DNA of 64,000 nucleotides from Takakia lepidozioides. Taxonomy: Eukaryota > Plantae > Bryophyta. The notes under the pieces were generated by a model. The model was given only the letters and a program-made list of their open reading frames with translations. It did no database searches and was not told the DNA's origin. The DNA lies in assembly GCA_030704615.1 (NCBI GenBank), contig CM060732.1:35340001-35404000 (forward strand), in the 5' to 3' direction. Below are positions 1-12,258 of this stretch, piece by piece; position 1 is the stretch's first letter, and each line of letters opens with the position of its first letter. A program made the position numbers and the translations under genes.

Positions 1-10
1 GAAGAGCATT

Positions 11-1983
11 GTGACCTATAACAAAACCAATGGTATCTCTGCCCTTCGAAAGCATGTGGATCAAGAACATGACATTGTTTTGCGTAGGTGGATTGAGAGG
101 GAAAATGAAGGACCTGAGAAGGCTCGTAGGCTGGCAAAAAAGAGGCCCAGCCCCACTCCTGGAAACATAGCTTCTTTTTTTGGGAGCTCCACTCCATACA
201 ACCAAAATGATGATCAACAGAAGCAGTTCAATGAGAATTTAGTCTTGTTCATTGCAAATGAGTTGGTTCCACTGTCTTTGGTAGAATCCCTTTGGCTAAG
301 ATGGATGGTGTTGAGGCAAAATCCTCGGATTGTTTTCCCTTCTCGACGGACATTTGTGAATGAGGCCATTCCAATCTTGGTAGAGAAGACGAAAGAGCGC
401 TACATGTCCCCATCTCTTCAGAATTGTGCTACTTGCTCTGTGAGTTTTGATTTGTGGATGTCAAGAGGGGGAACTGACACTTTTGTCATCATAGCGCACT
501 TTATTAATGAACAGTGGGAGCAATGTCATGTGACTCTTGGCATGTTTGAGACACCTGACACATCTGGGGCTGCCATGGCACATCAAGTCAACAATCTTCT
601 TGTGAAGTATGGCCTTAATACTCGCATTATTGCTTACGTCAAAGATGAGGGAGGTAACTTGGCCACTTTGACCAATGCTTTGAATTCGGTGGTCTCATGT
701 GCGTGTTTGGGGTTGGATTCTCCATTTGTGGGTAGCTGTTTTGGGCATGCAATGTCCAAGTGTTGCCAGTATGCAACAAATGATGCAAAAGTATGCGCAG
801 ATATGAGATCGGTTTCTATAAAAAAATGCCCAATCAGAGTTGCAAAAAACCATTACTTGGACAAAAAAAAATGGCAAAGGAAGACAAGAATGGGCAAAGG
901 CATGTGTGGACAGCGGCATTCATCCTCGCAAATTGAAGACTCCGGTGAAGACACGGGTTGCTTCCAAGGTGATCCTCTTCCAAGAGACTTTGGAGTTTAG
1001 GCAAGCCATAATCACTTGTTACTCTAGGCAAACCTCATTGGCACTGCAGTCTCGCATACCAAGTCCACAAGTGTGGGCCATTGCCCAATCAATTTCTACA
1101 GTTCTAGGGCATGTGGTTCATGAGTGCATTATGAATGAATCTGGGGGATTTTGGCTGTTGTCCGATGCTCTTAATGTAGTCATTGCACAACAATTCACAT
1201 GCGAGGAAGTAGTGCTCCCAGGGCTGCAACTGTGGATCATTGCATTGGGGATTTCTCGACAGAGTTGACATTGTTGGAATAGCGGATGGCTCGAGATGTG
1301 GTATATGTCTTGGAACCATTTTTTTCTTTTTTGGAAGGGTTTCAATCGCACAAAGCTCACAATATGCTCGCGCTTATGCTTGACCCACGTTACAAGGGGT
1401 TGTCATTGGTATCACAATATGTGGGCAAAGAGCGTGCTTTGCATATTGTGTCCCAATATGATAGCATGGTGTTAGAGCCTCTTTTGGTAAAATGTTTCAA
1501 GGTCTTACATCCGGATACTCCGGCCCAATCACAGCCCACTTCCACAATAGACGAGATGTCCTTATTTGGTGTGCATGACCACAATGAAGACATGACATTG
1601 ACAGTAGTGAGAGAACAACTATCACATTTCAGAAGGACGAAGATAATTGATGGTGAGTGCGTGGCTCCTTTGAAATGGTGGAAAGAACACGAGTCTCTCT
1701 TTCCGTATGTGGGATTTTTGGCATGGCTAATCTTGACATAGTTGGATCTCAGATTGAAGCTGAGAGGGTTTTTAGTATTGCAGGTGTCATAACAAGCTTG
1801 AGACGGTGCAGGTTAAGTATTGAAAACCTTGATATGCTTGTGAGTGTAGTCAAGAATTGGCCAAATGATGCTAGAGTTGGTTGCTTTAGTACTTCCATGA
1901 AAGAGTTTTTGGATAGGGAAGAAGTCCTCTTAGATGAGAATGAGGATTTGATTGCACAGACAAACCTCTTTGAGGTAGAATGA
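11..1983 (+). pseudogene. hAT transposase split over four frames (11-1000, 840-1268, 1286-1741, 1657-1983)
   Basis: Motifs SVSFDLWMS, YVKDEGGN, CFGH, LMLDPRYK and the C-terminal dimerisation motif PLKWWK...SQIEAERVFS. Several frameshifts. Confidence 0.9.
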
Positions 1984-2507
1984 TTTGTCTTAGAGACAAA
2001 TTATCGTTCAACATATTACACTATACTCCTTTGATTGGAGTTTGTTTATTTGTCATTTTTATTGAAAATTTCAGTGACATCCCGTGTACTTAGTTTGTTG
2101 TATGCTACATCGACAAAGCATCATCCCAAAAACACAAATTTATGTAGTTTTTTTTAGTTGTGCTTTTGCTGCACCATAAAAGGTAACCATAGAATTACAC
2201 ATGTTTAATTTGTTTTGTATTTTGAATTAAGATCCTTATGTAGTTAGTTTGTTTTAGTTGTTCTTTGCTACACCATACGAAAACTTATAAAATCTCTGGT
2301 TTTCCGTTTTTAATGGAGACCATGCGTATTTAACTTACCTTAAAAGACAATCACAAAAAACATATAAGTTTATTTACTTCTGTTTTACTAATAAATTCCC
2401 TGGTTTTAGTTGAAAATTCTGAATATTCAGTATGACCAATCAGATCAGTTCATCTAATTTTCCAGAAGAATAAAAAAATTAAAAAAAATTAATATATTTA
2501 AAAAAAA

Positions 2508-2706
2508 GAACCGGAACCTAACCGGAACCGGAGTTTTTTTTCCAGCAACTAACCGGTAACCGGAACCGCCCCCATGTTAAAAAGTCAGAACCTGAACCGG
2601 ACCGGAACCGCCTTAATAAAAAATAACCGGATCCGGATCCAGAACCGTCTCTTCAAAAATTTGTGGAACTGGAACCGAAGGTTCCTTCACAAAGGCAAGA
2701 ACCGCC
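2508..2706. repeat. hAT subterminal repeats (AACCGG/GGAACCG)
   Basis: Numerous copies of the ACCGGA/GAACCG motif immediately inside the 3' TIR. Confidence 0.75.
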
Positions 2707-2712
2707 CAACAC

Positions 2713-3270
2713 TGTTATGTACCTTGTGAGTCCGAAGGAGGAATTAGGCAGCTGACTGCGTGCTACGATGAAACAAGGCTTGAGCTGGAGTTTACAAGAC
2801 AATTGGTGAGAATGAGTAGGGCTGAGAATGGTAAATAGAGAATAGGAGCAGTCTCCTTCACATACATACAATAATTACATAGTTTGGCCATGACAGGGTG
2901 TTGTGGATGGTGTAGATTCTCAGGGGCTGAGAGTGTATCTACTATTTACAAGGGGCAACGGGCGAACCTGAATGGGCGAGAATGGTCGCTTTTCCTTTGA
3001 GTGGTGACAAACAGTAGGAACAGAGTATCCGCTGATTGCTGCAGCGCCGATTCCCAATCCGGTAAACTCCTGTATGGGAATGATTGCATGGGAATGATTG
3101 CATGGGAATGATCGCCACCCACCTGCCTTCATGGCGTGGCAGCCTCGCTGCCAAGTCCAGGACTGCGTATGAGATTTTGAGGGGGGCAAATGCCCATCGC
3201 ACCCCATCGCACAATCTGTCAGTCCGTGGTGGGCAGCGAGGGTGGTCCTGGAGCACAACATTCTCCTTCG
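2713..3270 (-). mobile_element. Putative LTR fragment with adjacent polypurine tract
   Basis: TGTTATGT...GCACAACA ends (2713-3260), followed by TTCTCCTTCG (CGAAGGAGAA on the minus strand). No partner LTR or coding region seen. Confidence 0.35.
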
Positions 3271-3351
3271 CAAAGTTGTAGTGGTCTAATTTGCCAGACA
3301 TATTTTCCATTATACATGGACCAACCCGTGGCATCAAAGGCCAGAGAACAC

Positions 3352-3414
3352 ATTTGAAGGGATTCATGTTATATATCATCCTCAACCTTGATAGTAACAT
3401 GAATCCCTTCAAAT
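3352..3414. repeat. 20-bp perfect inverted repeat / hairpin
   Basis: ATTTGAAGGGATTCATGTTA ... TAACATGAATCCCTTCAAAT, with further inner pairing (TATCA/TGATA). Confidence 0.85.
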
Positions 3415-3995
3415 TCTAGTGACTACCGAAGGTCGGAGACTAGTTTTAGCATAGGGCAGGAATAGGGTGCCCTAATGCCACATCATCATCGTAATGCCAC
3501 ATCATCGTCATCTTTAGAACCTGCCCGGATTGCCCGAAACGGATTGCGACCATTTTCATCCACATGGAATCATACGTGGATGAACTTAGATGGAGGTGAC
3601 ATCTGAATGGAAAATGTGGGCCCCGTTCTCCTCTACGCCAACAAGCGGTGCGTAAAAACGATTAAACCCCTGCACGCTAGAATTTTTGAAGTGCAAGGGA
3701 GGTCCAAGATTTTGGTGGCGCAAAGGATGTTCCCGCAAGTTGACTGCCCACGTGGCAGGTCGGGCGCTTGCCACGTACTTAATTTGCCAATGGCCATTAT
3801 TCATCCAACGTGGCATTTCGCTATAAATCCAGAAACAAATTTTGCGGTGTAGTTCATTTCATTCGCCCAACACCCATTCAACATCTCGTAGTAGTCGAGA
3901 GCAGCTTGCTCGCCGCATAGCCACCTTCTGATTGGCCCTAAGGAGGCCGGCTATGGACTAGGGCCGAAGCTGCAGGCGGTAACCCGTTGGCCTCG

Positions 3996-4726
3996 AGCCG
4001 GTTACCGGACATAACCGGTTTTTCGAAACATCGAGAGTGACAGTTCATCCATGTGCAGCCCGGTTATCGATTCTCGATGTGACAGTCATCCATGTGCAGC
4101 CCGGTTATCGATTCTCGATGTGATAGTCATCCATGCGCAGCCCGGTTATCGAATTTTTACATCCATGCACAGCCAAGGTTATCAAATCTTGTGAGGATTG
4201 CAGGTTACCGCCTGTAACCAGCGTCCAGTGAGCTAGTCGTTTGAAGACGCGTACTCGAGATGCTTCGAAAAACCGGTTATGGACTAGGTAACCGGTTTTT
4301 CGAAACATCGAGAGTGACAGTTCATCCATGTGCAGCCCGGTTATCGATTCTCGATGTAATAGTCATCCATGCGCAGCCCGGTTATCGAATTTTTACATCC
4401 ATGCACAGCCAAGGTTATCAAATCTTGTGAGGATTGCAGGTTACCGCCTGTAACCAGCGTCCAGTGAGCCAGTCGTTTGAAGACGCGTACTCGAGATGCT
4501 TCGAAAAACCGGTTATGGACTAGGTAACCGGTTTTTCGAAACATCGAGAGTGACAATTCATCCATGTGCAGCCCGGTTATCGATTCTCGATGTGACAGTC
4601 ATCCATGCGCGGCCCGGTTATCGAAATTTTTACATCCATGCACAGCCAAGGTTATCAAATCTTGTGAGGATTGTAGGTTACCGCCTGTAACTAGCGTCCA
4701 GTGAGCCAGTCGTTTGAAGACACGTA
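3996..4726. repeat. CpG-rich tandem repeat, 236-bp unit, about 3 copies, with 41-bp subrepeats
   Basis: Units start near 4013, 4290 and 4526. The near-identical spurious ORFs 4105-4329 and 4341-4565 show the 236-bp period. Confidence 0.9.
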
Positions 4727-4794
4727 TAGGGAATTCCAAAAAGGCCTTGATGTGAAATGCATCGCAATTCACTTTATCACCCCCTAAAAGTGCG

Positions 4795-5680
4795 CAATTC
4801 AATTGAATTGCAAGGGCAATTCAATTGAACTAACCCTAATTTGCAATTCAATTGAATTGCTGACTACAATTCAATTGAATTGTAATCTATAATTTTTAAC
4901 TTATTTCTGTATATAATATATATATGTATATATTTAAATTATACATATATACATACACAGGTATAAGCTAAAAATACATGTTGCTTGTCTATTCTTGCTG
5001 TCCGTCTGTCAATCCTTTGCCCGTGGTAAGGCTTGAGCCCAAGATAAGCCTAAGGGAGAGCGAGAGAGGGGAAGTCACGAAGCGCTTGTAAAAGCGGGAT
5101 TGTCTCTCTTTGTGGATGTTGGTGCCAATATATGTAAGAGTATCAACGTGTAAGAGTTTGATATATTAAACTTATATAGAACACACATCCCAACTTCAAC
5201 ATGATACCTTTGTAAGGGTATCCAAATTTTTGATAATTCTCAAGATGAACATACTTTTTGTTTTCTTTGTCATGGGCCAGATACTAGTGTTAGGGACATG
5301 GTGATGCAGGGGAAGCCTTTCATCAATTGTCAGGTTTGATTTTGTCTGTTTTTTTCGGAGCCAGCCATGTTTCTTTTGCCAGTGAATCACAGGAAGCTGC
5401 TGATCTGTCTCCGTCTCTGGCTCTCCCTTTCTCGCTGAGGGTGGTTTCACAACTCCACAATTTCCTCAAGGGCACAAGAAAGAGGGCCAGCAAGAATAGA
5501 CGGGCAACATGTATTTTTAGCTTATATTCTTATATGTGTATAAATATAATTTGAATATATACATGTACATATATATTATATATTATATACAAAAATAAGT
5601 TAAAAAATTATAGATTACAATTCAATTGAATTGCGAGTTGACAATTCAATTGAATCGTGTGCCGACAATTCAATTCGATG
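4795..5680. mobile_element. Foldback/MITE-like element with long inverted arms and CAATTCAATTGAATTG palindromes
   Basis: About 4865-5005 is the reverse complement of about 5480-5635. The palindromic motif is repeated at both ends. TSD not resolved. Confidence 0.6.
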
Positions 5681-6185
5681 TGGGACAATGCTGGACCAAT
5701 GCGATTAATGATTTACGACCTACCTGCTGTTACTTATATAGCGGGAAACAAGCTGAGCGAAACACAAAACTAGTGCAAATGATTGGTTTATCAGGTAGGT
5801 TGAAAGTGGGTAGGTCGGTAGCGGCTTGCAAGCTGCCCGCTACTGCTACGTCAGATAGTGCCTGCCCTGCTACCGTTAATAGTACATAGGGGCTCCGTTC
5901 GACAATTGTACGTGTAAAGGCCATGATTCATAAATGTGTTGGGCAGCAGAGACAAACACAGAGAGAGAGCGGCGTGAATTGGAATTTGGGTGTAGGGCAG
6001 CGCTGCAACGGAACGGGCTCCACAGCATCGAACTTTATTACGTGGGCTGGTGGAGCCGCCTAGCAGGTTGAATGCTAAGTTAGGCTGCGATTCTTTACGC
6101 AGATATTCTGCTGCTTGTTGCCTGAGGGAAAGGATCGGGTTTTCTGTTGGATTTTGATAGTCTAGAAGCATTCGAGTGCGGTGCA

Positions 6186-9100
6186 ATGGTTGCGAAATCG
6201 TCGACTCTGTCTGGGTCGAATCGCGCTCATATAGTCGTTGTTCCGATCCCTGCTCCTGGCCACACTATCCCCTTCCTGCACCTCTCCAAGCAATTAGCCC
6301 TCCGCGACATCACCATCACGTTTGTAAGCAATGAACGACACATGCAGGAGCTGCAGCAGTCCAAAGATACCCACGCCATCTTGGGTGGCTCTGAGGGTCG
6401 TCGCTTCGACATTCGCTTTGTGGGCTTGAAAGATGATTTGCCTCCAGGGCGCTTGGCGTTTGCTGAGAAAACGACTGATGAGACGATGGGAAGACTCATG
6501 GAGGAATTGTTAAGCAAGATGATGGAATCACCCTGCAGCGATGATATCGCAGCTGGTTCAGCTCCTCCTCCTTGCTGCATTGTGTCGGACCTGTACGTGG
6601 GATGGACCCAGGATGTGGCCAACAAGTTTGGTATCCCTAGGCATATTTTCTATCCTTCGCCTGCCGCCTGTATCGCCCTCATGCTTCAGGTACTATACTC
6701 AAGTCCTTATAGAAACCACAACGTTCGAAAGAACAGAGTTTGTTAATTTAAGAGTTCTTTGCGGTGCCTTGCGAAACTAATACCAAGAGAGCGATTTAAA
6801 CCCAGCAGTCTTCTTCGATCATCACACCCACCACCAAGAGGAATAGAGATTCGCCTTCTTCTTTGTAGTTTCGGATCGACACCTTTCGAAGAGTAAGATT
6901 GCTTCTCATGACGTTGATAGCTATCATCATTCTCTGGAGCTGCTCCTAACCTTCCTGAACATCATTTAGTACCATCTGTGAAAGTGATACATCCCACATC
7001 GCCATGAATATTCTTGGTTTGCGGATAATTCCAGCTGTCTTTTGAATTACGTCGTTGGTCTGCTTTGACCTGGGGACCAGGTACCCACACTCCTATCTCA
7101 AGGCCATCTGCCCTGGACCTCAAGCAGCAGGTTGGATCTCATCTTCCTCCATGGTCTTCCCCCGCTCCATCCTTTGGACCTGCCCTCCTCCTTTCTTGCA
7201 CCAGAATTCAGCCTTCTTTACGAATTCATCATGCGCAATGCAAGACGTGTATCAGAGGCTTCCATTATTGTGGTCAACACGTTTTCTGAATTAGAAGTGG
7301 AGGCTCTGGATGCCCTTCAAAATGAACTTCTCGGCACCAAGAATGTGCAGGTCAAAGCATTTCGCTGTTTGAGCACACAACCTGCACATGTGATTGAGGT
7401 TTTCTAAGGAGCTTTCTCATCATAGTGTCTATTTGCATATAAATTGTATGGGCATATTCTGCAACCCTCCTTAATGGAATCTTACCCATAAATATACAAA
7501 TCTGGCAGGTGGAAAGTGTGCTTCCTGTTGGTCCGCTGTTACCTGCAGCATTTGCCTTCTCCAATGGAGCTAATGAAAAAGGGACCCTAGCCAATGGTAT
7601 TACTACAAATGGAAGTAGAGCCACAGCGAATGGAACTCTCTCCCCTGGAACAGAACAGAGACACTCATGCCTACAGTGGCTTGACACCCAACCTCCTGCC
7701 TCAGTTGTTTACATCTCATTTGGAAGCATGGGGACCATCTCTGCCACTGAAGTCCTCGAGCTTGCACAAGGACTGGAAGCTAGTGGTAAAGGTTTCTTGT
7801 GGGTACTCCGACCCCCAGAAGCCCCCACTGCATTCCTAGCTTCGACTCCACCTCCTGCCACCTCTGAGTACCTTCCTCCAGGTGCAGCTTACACTACCCA
7901 AAAAAATGGGGAATAATTCACATGCATGAGGGATAGGATGCAGAATTGCAGCATGGTCACAGTTTGGGATTTTTTCATAGCTTTGTTACATATGCTAGCT
8001 ATTTGTGGGCAGGTACCCCAAGAACTACTAAAACTGTGTCGTACCCAGATTGTAATCAGCAGCTCCTCCCAATTTTTATGTTCCATGGGCTTCTCACAAA
8101 CTGCCTGAGAATCAGTTGTTTTCCTCCACCGTGGTTGTTTCAATCCTGTGTACATTTGTTGTGCTTGGATTTTTTCTCTCAGGATTTGACCTTCATACAA
8201 AGGAGCGGGGGTTAGTAGTATCAGGATGGGTACCTCAGCCGGAGGTGCTCTCACACCCAGCAACTGGAGGCTTTCTGACACACTGTGGCTGGAACTCCAT
8301 ACTAGAAAGTGTTTCATCAGGTGTCCCATTGTTGACATGGCCGTTATTTGCAGAGCAAAGGATGAACTGCAGGTCAGTTGTTCCCATTTGTGCCATGTTA
8401 TGTTTGTATTCAGTTGCACACTTGGGGAGGCCATAATATACTCATGGCCTTGTGGCAGACAGAGGGGGTACAGAGCGAGAAAGTACTCAGAAAATGTTGT
8501 TTGCCGCAGCCTTGTGGCCATAGACCCCATGCCCAGTTTGGGCAGAACAAGAGGGAACAGACACTACCTTTGTGAGGGGTCTCTCTCCAGTAGTGGGACT
8601 TACCTTGGTTTGAACAATTTCGGGGTTTCCAGATTTCCTCCAGAATGCCCTTCTCACAAGCATCAATCTGCTGTGTGTGAGCTGCAATTAGACCCCAGCA
8701 GGGCCAAGGCTTTGGGCTCAGCCTCGAGATTTTGAAAGTTGGTGAACAGAAGTACAGGTACTACGTTCTTGATGGTCCTGAAGAGGGTCGCTCTGTGATG
8801 AGAATATCCCCTACATTGTCTCTGAAAATGGATATCATCTCAGAGCCACCCGCACCTTGGGCATTGACAATCTCTCTTTCGTCCTTGCATCTGTTTCTGC
8901 TTCAAAGGTAGACTCCCTTCCCTAACTTTAAATTTCAGTCTAAGGCCGAGGTTACTTAGGCCCTTCAGATCACTCTTAAGGTCCTCAGCCGATGTCACAA
9001 ACTAGAAACACCTTCAGGAAGGTTTTAGCCTAACTATGTTTTATTCAGACATTCTTTGTGCTTCCATATGTCCTTGTACACTTCAGCCTCCAAATCAGCT

Positions 9101-11112
9101 TCATCTAGCAGGGTCCTGCCTCACATTCAGGTACTTGAAAATCTTCTGCCAGGACTTAGCCTGTTTAACAGGACAGTCTTGCTTCCAAGAGATTCATTCA
9201 ATCACCCAAGGGTATCTGGTATTAGGCATGCGACCAACTGACCCCACCATCTGACCTTGAATTCATTGTTGAGAGCTCAAAGGTGGTATGTCTGAACAGG
9301 CCATGTTAGTTGCTCTAGAGCACGCTGACATGCTCGTTTTGAGCACCGAAAGCTGAATGGGTTCTACGTTCTAGCATGGTTGGAGTTGCCCTCCGACACA
9401 GCAGATGCGTAATCCAAGGTAGGCCTGATAACGTTGCAAAACATGGTCCTTTCCACTTCAGTATTAATCCCTATGCAGTCAAAAAATTGAGTGGGACCTC
9501 AAGCTTGCGTTTAGCTGTTTGAACCACGTTTTGTATATGCACCCTAGTTACAACTGGAGGAAAAGTTAACACCAAGTTATGTGTAGGAAGGGAGCACATC
9601 TCTTCACTGCCCCATGCCCATTTGAGATCCCCTCCTCCGCTCCCATGACCACCACCGCACCTTTACTAATATTGGCTTCCAGCCTCCACGGGTAAAAGCA
9701 CCTCTTCACTGGTACCCCCTAGGCATGCAAAGTCATCCACAAACGTAAGAGCTGGTATGGTGGCATCGCTCACCTTTAACCCAAATCCTTCACTTTCCAC
9801 ATCTTCAAGGAACTGATTAATGAAAGCATTGAAGAGCAGTGGGGAGAGGGTACAACCTTGAGGTACACCTTGGTCCATGTCGAAGTTATTAGGCTTCTGG
9901 CCATTGACAATAACACAACTTTTGGTGTTCACATACAGGTTGCGAGCCATCATGCTCCACATCTTTCCCCTGACCCCAGAAGACCACAGTTGAAGCCACA
10001 GCCTGTTGCACCATACCGTGTCATTACATTTTTTCTTTTTTTCTTCCCTGCATAGTCTGGCTTAGGGTGAAGATACGGTCGACGAAGAGATAGAATGTAC
10101 TCATAAGACATTGTTTGCCGTAGCCTTGTGGCCATGGATGCCGCACCCAGTTTGGGCGGAACAAGAGGGAACAGATACAACCTTTGTGAGGGGCTCACTC
10201 CAGTAGTGGGACTTACCTTGATAAAGACAATTAGTTCGGGTTTTCCAGATATCCCCTACAAAGCCCTTCACACAAGCATCAGCTTGTGCAGCAATTAGAC
10301 CCCAACAGGGCCAGGGCTTTAGGCTCAGCCTCAAGATTTTCAAAGTTGGTGAAGAGAGGTGTGGGGGACAATGTTCTTCTTGATAGTCCTGAAGAGGGTC
10401 ACTCTCTGGTGAGAATATTTGGGACAATGTATCAGAAAATGGGTATTTGTTGTCAGGCACATTGGGCCATTACATTCTCCCCTTCCCCTCTGCATCTGTT
10501 TATTGTTCAAAGGTAGGCTTCCTGCCCCAAGTTTAAATTTCAGTCTAGTGTCGAGGGTAGGTAGGTCCTTCAGATCATCCTTAAGGTCCTTTGCCCATGT
10601 CACAGACTGGAACAAGTTCAGGAAAGTTTTGTGCCTAACTTTCATCAATATAGGGAGGGAGACAGAGAGAGAGAATGGTGATTTCGTGTCCTGTTGAAAC
10701 TTGAAAACCATGAAGTGTGAGTTGTCCATGTCACTAACGGGGTTGCTCCAGCCCCCAGTTGAATCAGAACTTGCAATGACCTACCTTCTTTCCAGGCTCT
10801 CTGGTAAATCAGCCCAAGTGGTGCACATATGGAAGAGATCTGCTCACCATCAAGGACGAAATCTTCTTTTTTTGCTGCAGATTTCTTGTGGATCAAGCAA
10901 AGGTAGCTGTTGAGCTTCACAAAGGATCTAATGGAATTGTTGATAAGGATGAAGTGGAGCAGGCTGTGAGAATCCTCTTTGGCAAGGAGGAAGGGAGATT
11001 TCTGAGACATAATATTTTGAAGCTAAGAAACTTGGCACACAATGCTGTTGCAGAGGGGGGATCCTCACATAGAAACCTCAAAACTTTTGTGGAAAAGATC
11101 AAAATGACCTAG
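6186..11112 (+). CDS. Family-1 UDP-glycosyltransferase, about 522 aa. Exons 6186-6689, 7081-7350, 7509-7881, 8183-8372, 10881-11112
   Basis: [30 protein letters not shown] and an intact PSPG box [44 protein letters not shown]; C-terminal GGSS. GT-AG introns join in frame (1569 nt). Confidence 0.93.
8450..10010 (-). mobile_element. 5'-truncated, degenerate LINE with RT remnant, in UGT intron 4
   Basis: ORF 9666-9962 contains [17 protein letters not shown] and LTFVDDF; YLGVNFSS-like sequence lies further 3'. Confidence 0.8.
10025..10650 (-). mobile_element. Second LINE 3'-end fragment of the same family
   Basis: Colinear diverged match to about 8450-9040 (for example CCCAGTTTGGGC.GAACAAGAGGGAACAGA); T-rich tract at about 10029-10045. 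Confidence 0.7.
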
Positions 11113-12258
11113 CCTTACATTACCTGTATTCTGGCCATCGGAGCTCAGTAGTGAGCAGGCACGGACAGCTTGCACCACATTACAAGTTCTTGAGACTTCA
11201 ATAGAGAATCCTGTGGGGGACCTGCATTATAAATTGATTTGAACCTTCCCTCTCTTTGTCAGCAAAAAATGTGCAATTTGAGTTTAGAGTGTGAGAAGGT
11301 AGCGCCCTTTATCCATTGAACATGCACAAATAGGTACCATGGAGGAGAGATTGTACATGACTACCGCTAGCAGGCCGTTTGGCAGGTGCTAGCTGAGCAT
11401 GTTGCATATCATGTGATGGGAAACATATCATACTTGTTGTATATGTCAAGTTGCAGCATATATGATGAAGTTTGTTTATTTTTTTATTGAAGACAGTTAT
11501 GCAGAATGCAGCTAACACCATTTGACAGCATATGTCTAGCAAGGATTTCGGAAATCCTCCCCTTGAGAATTGTTTCAGAGAAAGATGGACTGTGCCTTTT
11601 GTATCCTTATGTGCTGCACGGTTCAATATGCCAGAGACACTCTTGAACATAAGGCAGGTCCTGAAAAGCCATGTTTTCTGTAGATTTGGAGGAGGCCAAC
11701 TGCTGCTGCTACCATCTGCAAAGTGTATCATCTCTTCTCACAAGAAGGTTGCAAGCAACGGAACAAACAAAGAGCCTGTACGTGGAAAAATAGGGTCGCT
11801 CAGTTTGAGCCACCCCAGGTGATTCTGGGCTCAGATCCTGCTACCTTGATGTGTGTGGTATTGGGTCTGGTCCTGTATCTAGTAAATGAAAGGGGGTTAA
11901 TTTCCCCCCTCCTCTTGCATGGAACTAACATTGAAGACTTTACACAAGGTAGCGTGTTCCAACAATTCCCAAATATATCAGGGTTGTAGACTTTGTACAG
12001 AAAACTTCTAAGACAAATGTCATAGTTCATATTCTATGTAGATCTGTGTACCCACTATAGCATGCACATAGGCCCAGCTTCATTTGGAGACCACAATCGA
12101 CTAATTGCATTTCACAAGCCATAACCACTCTGACATTGCCAAAGTTAATCATCATATCCCCTCCATCTTCCTTTGTTCATCACATTTTGTGACGAAGAAG
12201 TGACAGTAAGATCCCAGACTCACATCATATCATCAACTGGTGTAGATTATCTTGTCAT

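Larger units (their letters stand above)
1..2714 (+). mobile_element. hAT-superfamily DNA transposon, 5' end outside window
   Basis: Transposase fragments followed by an AT-rich 3' region and ACCGGA-rich subterminal repeats. The end CCCAACACTG (reverse complement CAGTGTTGGG) is typical of hAT TIRs. Confidence 0.85.

Noticed and set aside
4105-4802. Repeated 74-aa ORFs
   Set aside because: By-products of the 236-bp tandem repeat.
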